From positions 4,892 to 68,891 of the forward strand of contig CAZJGG010000002.1 of NCBI GenBank assembly GCA_964545475.1: DNA of 64,000 nt, read 5' to 3'. Position 1 is the stretch's first letter. Each line of letters opens with the position of its first letter. Of this stretch, positions 18,086 through 27,077 are shown in pieces. The notes beneath the pieces are model-generated. The model saw only the letters and a program-made list of their open reading frames with translations. It was not told the origin of the DNA and made no database searches. A program made the position numbers and the translations under genes. The DNA is from an uncultured Eubacteriales bacterium (GTDB taxonomy: Bacteria > Bacillota > Clostridia > Lachnospirales > JAISER01).

Positions 18086-19237
18086 ATGTCTGACTTTATT
18101 ATGAACACATACGGGCGGTTTCCTATTACTCTTGAAAAAGGTGAGGGCTGTTACGTTTGGGACACAGATGGTAAGAAATATTTGGACTTTGTAGCGGGTA
18201 TTGCTGTAAACAGCCTTGGTCACGCCGACAAAGAGCTTTGCGAAACAATTGCAGAGCAGGTTAAAAAGATTATACATGTTTCAAATTTATATTGGACAGA
18301 ACCCCAAATAAATCTTGGGGAAAAATTAATTAAAAATAGCTGTTTTGACAAAGCATTTTTCTGCAACTCCGGGGCGGAAGCTATTGAAGGGCTTTTAAAG
18401 CTTTCTCGTAAATACGCCACAATGAAAGAAAATGGACGCTATGAAATTATTACAATGAAAAACTCGTTTCACGGCAGGACATACGGCGCAATTACTGCAA
18501 CCGGACAGGAAAAATACCAAAAGGGATTAAACCCTCTTTTGCCGGGTATTATACATACTGAATACAACAACAGCCAAGAGCTTATAAATGCCGTAAACGA
18601 AAAAACATGCGCCATTTTAATAGAGCCACTCCAAGGAGAGGGCGGAATACGCCTTGCAGACAAAGAATTTTTGCAAACGGCAAGAGAGCTTTGTGACAAA
18701 CATGATATTATGCTGATTTATGATGAAATTCAATGCGGTGTGGGGCGTATGGGAAGTCTTTTTGCTTACGAACATTCTGGTGTTGAGCCGGATTGCGTTG
18801 CTCTTGCAAAAGGGCTTGCAGGTGGAGTGCCTATCGGCGCAATTTTAGCTAAAGATAATTTTGCCTCCGCTTTTAAGCCGGGAGACCATGCTTCAACTTT
18901 TGGAGGAAACCCTTTGGCAACTGCCGCAGGTTGTGTTATAATAGACAGGTTAGTTAATAAAGGCCTGATTGAAAACGTGAAAAATTCCGGTCAAATTCTT
19001 AAAAATGCTCTTGAAGGCTTAGCTAAAAAACATTCTTGTATAAAGGAAGTTAGAGGAACTGGGTTAATTCAAGGGATAGAGCTTGACTGCGAAGCCGCTC
19101 CTGTTATAAATAAATGTGTTGAAAACGGGATGCTTCTTGTAAACGCCGGAACAAACGTAATACGCTTTGTACCGCCACTTACTGTTACAGAGGCGGAAAT
19201 CGGTCAAGCAATGCTTATTTTAGAGAAGGCACTGTAA
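18086..19237 (+). CDS. argD: Acetylornithine aminotransferase
   Basis: Class-III aminotransferase (DEIQCGVGRMGSLFA, LAKGLAGGVPIG) in arg-operon context. Confidence 0.92.
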   Translation: MSDFIMNTYGRFPITLEKGEGCYVWDTDGKKYLDFVAGIAVNSLGHADKELCETIAEQVKKIIHVSNLYWTEPQINLGEKLIKNSCFDKAFFCNSGAEAIEGLLKLSRKYATMKENGRYEIITMKNSFHGRTYGAITATGQEKYQKGLNPLLPGIIHTEYNNSQELINAVNEKTCAILIEPLQGEGGIRLADKEFLQTARELCDKHDIMLIYDEIQCGVGRMGSLFAYEHSGVEPDCVALAKGLAGGVPIGAILAKDNFASAFKPGDHASTFGGNPLATAAGCVIIDRLVNKGLIENVKNSGQILKNALEGLAKKHSCIKEVRGTGLIQGIELDCEAAPVINKCVENGMLLVNAGTNVIRFVPPLTVTEAEIGQAMLILEKAL

Positions 19238-19266
19238 TGGCTTTTCTCTAGGTGAATTTTAGTTTA

Positions 19267-19394
19267 TTAAGAGCTTATCCTTATTTATTTGGGGATAAGC
19301 TCTTAACAAAGTCAATTAATTTTCAGCGAGTAAAGTTTGCTGTACTTTTTGCACAAATGCATACATGGTATTGTTTTTTGTGCAAAAAGTACAG
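19267..19394. repeat. Two long perfect palindromes between argD and carA
   Basis: Hairpin 1 has 14-bp arms, ttaagagcttatcc (19267-19280) / ggataagctcttaa (19293-19306). Hairpin 2 has 18-bp arms, ctgtactttttgcacaaa (19340-19357) / tttgtgcaaaaagtacag (19377-19394). Neither has a clear T-tract. Confidence 0.75.
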
Positions 19395-19470
19395 TGAATT
19401 TTACAGCTGGAAGTTCTGCAGGCTTTCAGTAGTAGAAAACGCTACAAGTTAATTTAAATTGGAGGTAGAA

Positions 19471-20445
19471 ATGAAAGGTTTTCTTGTTTTTGAAGACGGA
19501 ACGGTTTTAGAGGGCAAGGCGTTCGGAAGTCGGAACACCGTAGCCGCAGACATTTGTTTTCATACTGAAATGGCAGGGTATGAAAACATCCTTACAGATC
19601 CTGCCAACAGCGGGCTAATTGTTATGATGACATATCCGCTTATTGGAAATTACGGCTTTTCCGCCGAAGATTACACAAAAAAGGCATATCCAGCCGGGCT
19701 TATTGTAAAAGACTTTTCAGAACATCCAAGCCACTATCAATGCGAGTATACAATTTCCCAGTTTTTAAGAAAAAATAATATTTTCGGCCTTTCATATGTT
19801 GACACAAGGCTTACGGCAAGAAAGCTTTTAAATTCTCAAGGGTTAAAGTGCTGTTTAACTGTTGAAGAACCAAGCGTTTCTTTGTTTGAAAAAGTATATA
19901 AAAGCGTTGTTACTGCTGATGGAAGCGTAGAAAAGAAAGAAATAATAGAGAACAAAGAAAATAGCAAAAAAGTTGCTATTATTGATTTAGGCTCTAAAGC
20001 AGGGCTTGTAAACAGATTGAAAGATAAAGCAAGCCTATATATTTACCCTAACAAAATCAGTGCAGATGATATTCTTTCTGAAAAACCAACTTGCGTTTAC
20101 ATCACCCACGGCGGCGGAAAAATTGAGGGAATTGAACATATTAGCCCAATAATTTCAGCAATTATTGATAAAACTGAAATTAATGCGGAAGGCTTTGGTG
20201 CGCTGGCTCTTGCAAAAGCTTTAGGTATGGAAGTTATAAAAATGCCAAACGGATACAGAGGAGCAAACTTCCCTGTAATTAACTTAACCGACGGTAAAGT
20301 TAAAACAACTAGTTTTAATATTGGTTATACAATTGCTGAAAATAAATTGCCAGAGGGCTTAGAAGTTACTGAAAGAAATTTAAACGATAATTCAATAGCA
20401 GCATTCCGTTATAAAAACGCAAATGCTTCGCTTTACACTATCTAA
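19471..20445 (+). CDS. carA: Carbamoyl-phosphate synthase small-subunit homologue lacking the glutaminase catalytic triad
   Basis: The N-terminal CPSase small-chain domain is well conserved (YENILTDPANSGLIVMMTYPLIGNYG). In the GATase half, the GICLGHQ nucleophile motif reads AEGFGALALA (no Cys) and HRGxNHPV reads YRGANFPV. The protein ends before the HPE motif. GGAGG at 19461 favours the ATG at 19471. Confidence 0.8.
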   Translation: MKGFLVFEDGTVLEGKAFGSRNTVAADICFHTEMAGYENILTDPANSGLIVMMTYPLIGNYGFSAEDYTKKAYPAGLIVKDFSEHPSHYQCEYTISQFLRKNNIFGLSYVDTRLTARKLLNSQGLKCCLTVEEPSVSLFEKVYKSVVTADGSVEKKEIIENKENSKKVAIIDLGSKAGLVNRLKDKASLYIYPNKISADDILSEKPTCVYITHGGGKIEGIEHISPIISAIIDKTEINAEGFGALALAKALGMEVIKMPNGYRGANFPVINLTDGKVKTTSFNIGYTIAENKLPEGLEVTERNLNDNSIAAFRYKNANASLYTI

Positions 20446-20461
20446 CAGAGGGGAATAGGAA

Positions 20462-23400
20462 ATGCCGAAATTTGATGATATTAAAAAGGTAATGGTTATT
20501 GGTTCCGGTCCTATTGTTATTGGACAAGCCGCCGAATTTGACTATGCCGGAACTCAATGCTGCAAGGCTTTGCATGAGGAAGGTATAAGTGTTGTTTTGG
20601 TTAATTCTAACCCTGCAACTATTATGACAGATGAAGATATTGCGGACAAGGTTTATATTGAACCATTAACACTAGATGTTGTAACTAAAATTATTGAAAA
20701 AGAAAGACCGGACGGCATATTGGCAGGGCTAGGCGGGCAAACCGGCTTAAACATGGCGGTAGAGTTATCCGATGCCGGAGTTTTAGATAAATATAATGTT
20801 AGGTTATTAGGCACAAAGCTAGATGCTATTAAAAAGGCTGAAGACAGAGAGTTATTTAAAAATTTAATGAATGAAATCGGAGAGCCAATTCCCGAAAGCA
20901 CAATTGTACATTCCGTTGAGGAAGGTGTAGAATTTGCCGAAAGAATAGGTTATCCCGTAATTATTCGCCCGGCGTATACATTAGGCGGAACAGGCGGCGG
21001 TATTGCTCACGATAAGCAAGAGCTTGAAACAATTTTATATAAAGGCTTAATGTTAAGCAGAATTAATCAAGCACTTATTGAGCAAAGCGTTGCCGGTTGG
21101 AAAGAAATAGAATACGAAGTTATGCGTGACGGAAACGACACTTGTATTGTTATTTGTAACATGGAAAATATTGATCCTGTTGGTATTCATACAGGCGATA
21201 GCATTGTTGTTGCTCCTTGTCAAACCCTTAGAGCCGACGAATGCGACATGATGAAAACCGCTGCAATTAAAATAATTCGTGCATTAAAAATCGCAGGGGG
21301 ATGTAATATACAATTCGCCCTTGATACAGTTTCTAAAAAATATGTTGTAATTGAGGTAAACCCCAGAGTAAGCCGTTCTTCCGCCCTTGCAAGCAAGGCG
21401 ACAGGATATCCCATTGCTAAAGTAACAACAAAAATTGCTGTAGGTTTAAATTTACATGAAATTGAAAATTATGCATCACCGGCACTTAAAGCGGTGTTCG
21501 AGCCTACAATTGACTATGTTGTTATCAAAATCCCTAAATTCCCATATGATAAATTCAGTTATGCAGACCGCACACTAGGAACGCAAATGAAAGCTACAGG
21601 CGAAGTAATGAGCATTGACCGAAGCTTTGAAAGTGCGTTTTTAAAAGCAATTTCCTCTTTAGAAGGCAAAAACAACGGCTTACGCCGTGATGATTTAACT
21701 AAATTAAGTATTGAAGAACTGTTAAAAAGGCTTGAAACATGCACTGACGACAGAATTTTTGTTGTGGCCGAAAGCATTAGAAAAGGGGTAGAAGTTTCTG
21801 TTATTAATGAAATGACAAAAATTGACCCATTCTTCCTTAACAGTATTAAAAAAGTTATAAGGCTTGAAAAAGAGCTGCAAACAGCCGAGCTTGATAAAGT
21901 ACTCCTTTTGCAGGCTGAAGAAGCAGGCTTTTTAGACAGCGAAATTGAAGATTTATCTGGGCAGCCTTATTATGTAATTGATTCAATACGCAGAGCACAC
22001 AACATATATTCTGTGTTTAAAAGAGTTGATACATGCGCAGGAGAATATCCGTCTACTGCACCATATTATTATTCAACATTTGGCACAGAAGACGAAAATG
22101 TTATTAGCAACAAACAAAAAGTTGTAGTTATCGGTTCAGGCCCAATAAGAATAGGGCAGGGTATTGAGTTTGACTATTGCTCTGTTCATGCTGCTTGGGC
22201 AATACATGAAGCAGGTTATGAGTCTGTTATAATAAACAACAACCCAGAAACCGTTAGTACGGACTTTGACACCGCTGACAAGCTTTATTTCGAGTCCCTT
22301 TATATAGAGGATGTTTTAAACGTTATTCGTAAAGAAGAACCTAGAGGGGTTATTGTACAGTTCGGTGGGCAAACAGCAATAAACCTTACACCAAAACTGT
22401 TTGAAAGAGGCGTTCAAATTTTAGGAACATCAGTAGATTCAATTGACGTTGCCGAAAACAGAGAAAGATTTGAAATTCTTTTAAAAGAGCTTGAAATACC
22501 AAGACCAAACGGTTTTGCAGTATTTAACGTAAAAGAGGGGCTTAGAGCTGCTGAAAAGGTTGGTTATCCAGTTTTAGTACGTCCTTCATATGTTATCGGC
22601 GGTAGGGCAATGCAGGTTATTGAAAGCAAAGAAAGGCTTCTTGATTATATTACAGAAGCTCTTGCAGAAAACCCACAACACGCAATTTTAATTGATAAAT
22701 ATATAGACGGCATGGAAGTTGAAGTAGATGCAATTTCCGATGGTGTAGACATTTTAATTCCTGGTATTATGGAACACATTGAACATACAGGGGTTCATTC
22801 CGGCGATAGTATAAGCGTTTACCCTGCACAAAGCTTATCCGAAGTTGTTATACAAAAACTTGTAGACTATACAAAGAGAATTGCCCGGGCTATTCAAATA
22901 AAAGGGCTTATGAACATCCAGTTTGTTGTAGACGGCGATATGGTTTATGTTCTTGAAGTTAACCCTAGAGCTTCCCGTACAGTGCCCATATTAAGTAAAG
23001 TTACGAGAACACCAATGGTTGATATAGCTGTAAGAGTAATTTTAGGTGAAAGCCTTAAAAGCCAAGGCTTTACTCAAGAACTTTTGCCAAATAAGGACTT
23101 AGTTGCTGTAAAAGCTCCTGTGTTCTCTTTCCAAAAACTTATAAACGTAGACCCGGCGTTAACTCCAGAAATGAAATCTACCGGGGAAGTTTTAGGGCTT
23201 GCAAAAACTTATGATGAAGCCCTTTACAAAGCGATGAAAGCCGCAGGATTTCTATTTGACAAAGGCACTATACTTCTTTCAATAAGAGAGGAAGAACGCA
23301 AAAAACTTATTCCTGCTCTTAAATCTCTTACTGAAATGGGATTTAAACTTGCAGGAACTTCCGGAACGGCAGAATTTTACAACGAAAACGGCTTTGACGT

Positions 23401-23647
23401 TTACGATGCAGATAGCGACGAATTGCCTGTGCTTGAACAAATCCGTGAGCAGAGATATAATATGGTTATTAATATTCCAACAAAAGGCAGAGATGTTTCT
23501 AAAGACGGGTTTAAGCTGCGTATTGCGGCAATTCAGTACAAACTTATGCTGTTTACATGCATAGATACTGTTGACGCTTATGTTATAGCTTTAAAAGCTT
23601 CTGGGAAGAATGAAATTGAAATTAAAACTGTTGGTGAGTATTTCTAA
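20462..23647 (+). CDS. carB: Carbamoyl-phosphate synthase large subunit
   Basis: 1061 aa with duplicated ATP-grasp halves (VIGSGPIVIGQAAEFDYAGTQ and VIGSGPIRIGQGIEFDYCSV) and a C-terminal MGS-like domain. Confidence 0.96.
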   Translation: MPKFDDIKKVMVIGSGPIVIGQAAEFDYAGTQCCKALHEEGISVVLVNSNPATIMTDEDIADKVYIEPLTLDVVTKIIEKERPDGILAGLGGQTGLNMAVELSDAGVLDKYNVRLLGTKLDAIKKAEDRELFKNLMNEIGEPIPESTIVHSVEEGVEFAERIGYPVIIRPAYTLGGTGGGIAHDKQELETILYKGLMLSRINQALIEQSVAGWKEIEYEVMRDGNDTCIVICNMENIDPVGIHTGDSIVVAPCQTLRADECDMMKTAAIKIIRALKIAGGCNIQFALDTVSKKYVVIEVNPRVSRSSALASKATGYPIAKVTTKIAVGLNLHEIENYASPALKAVFEPTIDYVVIKIPKFPYDKFSYADRTLGTQMKATGEVMSIDRSFESAFLKAISSLEGKNNGLRRDDLTKLSIEELLKRLETCTDDRIFVVAESIRKGVEVSVINEMTKIDPFFLNSIKKVIRLEKELQTAELDKVLLLQAEEAGFLDSEIEDLSGQPYYVIDSIRRAHNIYSVFKRVDTCAGEYPSTAPYYYSTFGTEDENVISNKQKVVVIGSGPIRIGQGIEFDYCSVHAAWAIHEAGYESVIINNNPETVSTDFDTADKLYFESLYIEDVLNVIRKEEPRGVIVQFGGQTAINLTPKLFERGVQILGTSVDSIDVAENRERFEILLKELEIPRPNGFAVFNVKEGLRAAEKVGYPVLVRPSYVIGGRAMQVIESKERLLDYITEALAENPQHAILIDKYIDGMEVEVDAISDGVDILIPGIMEHIEHTGVHSGDSISVYPAQSLSEVVIQKLVDYTKRIARAIQIKGLMNIQFVVDGDMVYVLEVNPRASRTVPILSKVTRTPMVDIAVRVILGESLKSQGFTQELLPNKDLVAVKAPVFSFQKLINVDPALTPEMKSTGEVLGLAKTYDEALYKAMKAAGFLFDKGTILLSIREEERKKLIPALKSLTEMGFKLAGTSGTAEFYNENGFDVYDADSDELPVLEQIREQRYNMVINIPTKGRDVSKDGFKLRIAAIQYKLMLFTCIDTVDAYVIALKASGKNEIEIKTVGEYF

Positions 23648-23678
23648 TAAAATATTCAAAAAACATTTATAAGCTCTT

Positions 23679-23717
23679 AAACGGCGGTTTTGATAAAGCA
23701 AACCGCCGTTTTTTTAT
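23679..23717 (+). terminator. Rho-independent terminator after carB
   Basis: Stem aaacggcggttt / aaaccgccgttt followed by a T-run. Confidence 0.8.
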
Positions 23718-23720
23718 TTT

Positions 23721-23784
23721 AACGTGAGTTCGACGAAGTCGAAAAGCCGCTTTAGCGTCTTAGTTGCGGAGCAATTCTCATGTT
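23721..23784 (+). repeat. 64-nt intergenic repeat, family D copy 1
   Basis: aacgtgagttcgacgaagtcgaaaagccgctttagcgtcttagttgcggagcaattctcatgtt. Termini aacgtgag/ctca(c/t)gtt are inverted, with internal mini-hairpins ttcgac-gaa-gtcgaa and ccgc-ttta-gcg. Further copies at 26986 and 42126. Confidence 0.85.
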
Positions 23785-23887
23785 ATTTATAAAAAAATAT
23801 GGCAAAAATAATTATATAACGTTATACTGTTATTAGAGCGATTTGATAAAATTAAATCAGAAACAGTATTGGTAAAGGGTGTTTTTT

Positions 23888-25510
23888 ATGAGTTTAACGA
23901 TAGATAAAATTTTGCAGTTCGGAGGGCTTGTAGGGGCTAATTTTGTAGCTGGGCAAAAAGGCAAGGATAATGTTGTTGTAAGTATATCTGTTCTAGAAAT
24001 TGCCGAACCTCAAATTTCCAGGTGGGTAATGGAAAACGAGCTTTATATAACGTCTTTTTATGCTATCCGAGATAATGTTGAAATGCAAAAAATTGTTATT
24101 GAAACCCTTTATAATTACGGCTGTTGTGGGCTTGTTATTTGCCATACAGGTATTTGCTTAGAAAAAGTTGACGAAGAGGTTATAAAGCTTTGCGACAGGC
24201 TGGGATTCCCTCTTATATTAGCAAAATCTGATGTTTCGTATATTGAAATTATTAACCCAATAATTTCTAGGTTTATTATAGATAATGAAAACGCCGAGGA
24301 AATCACTTGCATTAAAAGAGAATACCTAGACATAATAGTTAACGAAAACGACACAGCTGAAGCGCTTAAAAAATTAACATTTGCAATAAAAAAAGAAGCC
24401 TCTTATTACGACATAGATTTTAATTGCCTCTATTCAAATAAAAACGACATGGTAAATCAGTCTGAAAAAAGTATGCTTAAAGAGAAGTTTAACATAAAGG
24501 GCATAAATGACAAACAAGACTATGAATTTGTTAGTGATAAACCAGATGGAAATAAGTTAGTAAAATTAGTTAAGTCAAATAGCAATTTTTTTGGATTTAT
24601 TGTATTTTCTATATCTAATGGGGATTTGGAGGAAATTAATAAAATTGCTGACGAAATAACTGTTGCCTGCGCTTTATTAATAAGCAGAAAAAATAAAATC
24701 TCAAACCTTTTAGCAACGGCTAAACAGGAATATATAAGCGACTTGCTAATATGGAACTTCCGCTCAGACGATGTTGCAGTTAGCCGTGGAGAAGAATTAG
24801 GTTTTAATATTTTAGATAAAAACACAATTATTGTTGTTAATATAAATGTGTACCAGCTTAAGCTTAATAAAGATTTAGATAAAAATAATTCTGTAACGGC
24901 TTATATAAAACAATGGATTTTGCCTAATATAGCAAATATTACCAAAATTTTAAACCCATCAAATTTTGTGGTTTTTAGAAGTGATACCATAATTTTATTT
25001 TTAGAAAATAAAAACAAAAATTTAAATATAAGGTCTTTATGCGAAAAAATAATTAAGGTCTTTTTAGCCACGGATAAAAGCACCGTTTCTATTGGTGTGA
25101 GCAGGCGTTTTACCGAATATAAGAAAATTGCGGAAGCATATATGGAAGCCTTTACAACGGCTATATTAGGCCGGGAATATTTAGGAGATAACCTTGCGGT
25201 TACTTATGAAGATGTTTTATTTTTTAGGTATATAAAGACTATAAAAAACGAAGCCGGAATGCAGGAAACAGCAAAACGGATTTTAGCCCCACTTATTGAA
25301 TATGACAAAGAACGAGGAAGCTGCCTTGTTGAAACGTTAAAACAATTAATTTTTAATAACGGAGACGTGCTAAAAGTTGCCGATAAAATGTTTATCCATA
25401 GAAATACTCTTCTTTACAGAAAAAACAAAATAACAGAGCTTTTGGGGAGCGACCCTTTTACAATGCCGGATATTTTAAACTTTATTTGTGCTCTTTACAC
25501 TATAGAATAA
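23888..25510 (+). CDS. PucR-family transcriptional regulator
   Basis: C-terminal PucR-type HTH (MFIHRNTLLYRKNKITELLG) with a large N-terminal putative ligand-binding region. The ATG at 23888 follows GGTAAAGGG. Confidence 0.8.
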   Translation: MSLTIDKILQFGGLVGANFVAGQKGKDNVVVSISVLEIAEPQISRWVMENELYITSFYAIRDNVEMQKIVIETLYNYGCCGLVICHTGICLEKVDEEVIKLCDRLGFPLILAKSDVSYIEIINPIISRFIIDNENAEEITCIKREYLDIIVNENDTAEALKKLTFAIKKEASYYDIDFNCLYSNKNDMVNQSEKSMLKEKFNIKGINDKQDYEFVSDKPDGNKLVKLVKSNSNFFGFIVFSISNGDLEEINKIADEITVACALLISRKNKISNLLATAKQEYISDLLIWNFRSDDVAVSRGEELGFNILDKNTIIVVNINVYQLKLNKDLDKNNSVTAYIKQWILPNIANITKILNPSNFVVFRSDTIILFLENKNKNLNIRSLCEKIIKVFLATDKSTVSIGVSRRFTEYKKIAEAYMEAFTTAILGREYLGDNLAVTYEDVLFFRYIKTIKNEAGMQETAKRILAPLIEYDKERGSCLVETLKQLIFNNGDVLKVADKMFIHRNTLLYRKNKITELLGSDPFTMPDILNFICALYTIE

Positions 25511-25700
25511 TTTTGGAATAATAAATATGCCATGTTTAAATTTTGTTTTTCTGTACAAAATATAGTGGCATAATACCCGTTTATTAAGGACATTTGTGCA
25601 TTTGCCTTAATAGATGGGTCTTTTTTTGTCTCTTAAAACATAGTAAGTGTAAAAAAATTATTGTAATATTAACTCGAATTTCGTAAAGGGAGATGAGGAA

Positions 25701-26987
25701 ATGGAGAAAAACAATTTAGCACCTACAAATGACAATGCTACTAACAGAGTACCGGAAAACGAGAAAAAGAGTACTTTTGATGTTGCGATTGTAGCGGCAG
25801 GTTTTTGTATTTGTATGTCGGGCTTGTTTACAGGCGCGTCCATGGCAATGGGGTTTAATTTAACCCAAGCAATTATTGCCGGAGTTATTGGTAACACAAT
25901 TTTACTTATTTACGGCGGCGCAATCGGTATGGCAGGCGCAAAAGAAGGTGTTGCTACAGCAATGCTTGCAAGGCACAGCTTCGGGCGTCAAGGTTCTAAA
26001 ATAATCGGGCTTGTACTGGCTTTAACAATGTTAGGCTGGTTCTCAGTTCAAGTAGGCTTTTTCGGCGACACAATCCATGCAATGTTTCCTAATGGGGGAT
26101 TTATAACTACACCATCAGTAGCAGCGTTTTGGGGCGGTATTTTAATGCTTCTTACAGCTTACTTCGGTTACAAAGGGTTAAGCCTTCTTTCAAAAATTGC
26201 AATACCACTTATTACAATTACTTCAATTATCGGTATTGCTGCAGCAGTTAACAAAGCAGGGGGATGGCCGGCGTTAATCGCAATGCAACCTCCACAACCA
26301 TTGTCAATATCTGCTGGTGTTGTTATGGTTGTTGGTTCTTTCGCAGGTGGTGCTTCTGCTCAAGCAGATATATCACGCTATGCAAAAAGCCCTAAAGCTT
26401 CTTGGATTGCAACAATTGTAGGTTACCTTATAGCAAACCTTTTTATAATAACAGCAGGGTTTATTACAAATATGGCAACAGGCGCAGGGGATTTACCAGC
26501 GGCAATGCTTGCTCTTGGCTTAGGCTTCCCAGCGTTAATAGTTCTTATCGGTGCACAGTGGACAACAAACGACAACAACCTTTATACTGCGGCACTTGGC
26601 TTAAGTAATATTATTAAAGTTAAAAAGTCTTACATTACAATTACAACAGGTATATTAGCAACGATTGTTGGTGCGGCAGGGCTTTCTAACTATTTTGTTG
26701 ATTGGCTTGTAATTTTAGGTATAGGCGTTCCTCCAATGGCAGGCATCATCTTAGCAGACTATTTCTTTATAAAAGGTCAGAAATATCAATACGGTCCGGG
26801 AACAAAATATGTATCATGGAACGGACTTGCATTCATTAGCTGGATAATAGCATGTATCGTAGGTTTCGTAGTTAAATGGGGAATCGGTTCAATAAACTCA
26901 TTGGTTGTAGGCCTTGTTGTATATATTGTGCTTATGAAAACAGTGGGACAAAACAACACAGGTATGATTGGCGAAGATATAGAATAA
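25701..26987 (+). CDS. NCS1-family nucleobase permease (cytosine/purine permease CodB-like)
   Basis: About 12 predicted TM segments. The N-terminal region and overall composition look like CodB-type purine-cytosine permeases. 428 aa. Confidence 0.75.
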   Translation: MEKNNLAPTNDNATNRVPENEKKSTFDVAIVAAGFCICMSGLFTGASMAMGFNLTQAIIAGVIGNTILLIYGGAIGMAGAKEGVATAMLARHSFGRQGSKIIGLVLALTMLGWFSVQVGFFGDTIHAMFPNGGFITTPSVAAFWGGILMLLTAYFGYKGLSLLSKIAIPLITITSIIGIAAAVNKAGGWPALIAMQPPQPLSISAGVVMVVGSFAGGASAQADISRYAKSPKASWIATIVGYLIANLFIITAGFITNMATGAGDLPAAMLALGLGFPALIVLIGAQWTTNDNNLYTAALGLSNIIKVKKSYITITTGILATIVGAAGLSNYFVDWLVILGIGVPPMAGIILADYFFIKGQKYQYGPGTKYVSWNGLAFISWIIACIVGFVVKWGIGSINSLVVGLVVYIVLMKTVGQNNTGMIGEDIE

Positions 26988-27050
26988 CGTGACTTCGACG
27001 AAGTCGAAAAGCCGCTTTAGCGGATTAATTGCGGAGCGATTCTCACGTTA
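26986..27050 (+). repeat. 64-nt intergenic repeat, family D copy 2 (same orientation as copy 1)
   Basis: aacgtgacttcgacgaagtcgaaaagccgctttagcggattaattgcggagcgattctcacgtt. It begins inside the permease stop codon and lies 28 nt upstream of the next gene. Confidence 0.85.
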
Positions 27051-27077
27051 GAATAATTAATTCAGGAGGTATAAATT

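Noticed and set aside
17903-18277. 124-aa minus-strand ORF spanning the argB-argD spacer
   Set aside because: It runs through repeat C1 and antisense into the argD start, with no coding signal. It is an artefact of the repeat.
19252-19452. 66-aa ORF in the argD-carA spacer
   Set aside because: It is built almost entirely from the two long palindromes and has no RBS. The sequence is better explained as structured non-coding DNA.
19471-20445. CarA homologue as a decaying pseudogene
   Set aside because: The frame is uninterrupted, the RBS is good, the N-terminal domain is well conserved and it is translationally adjacent to intact carB. It is therefore reported as an intact but glutaminase-dead subunit, though pseudogenisation cannot be fully excluded without comparative data.
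25511-25700. Purine/guanine riboswitch upstream of the NCS1 permease
   Set aside because: The leader lacks the conserved three-way-junction core (no UAUAAU...CCGACUAUG-type segments). Only weak hairpins are present.
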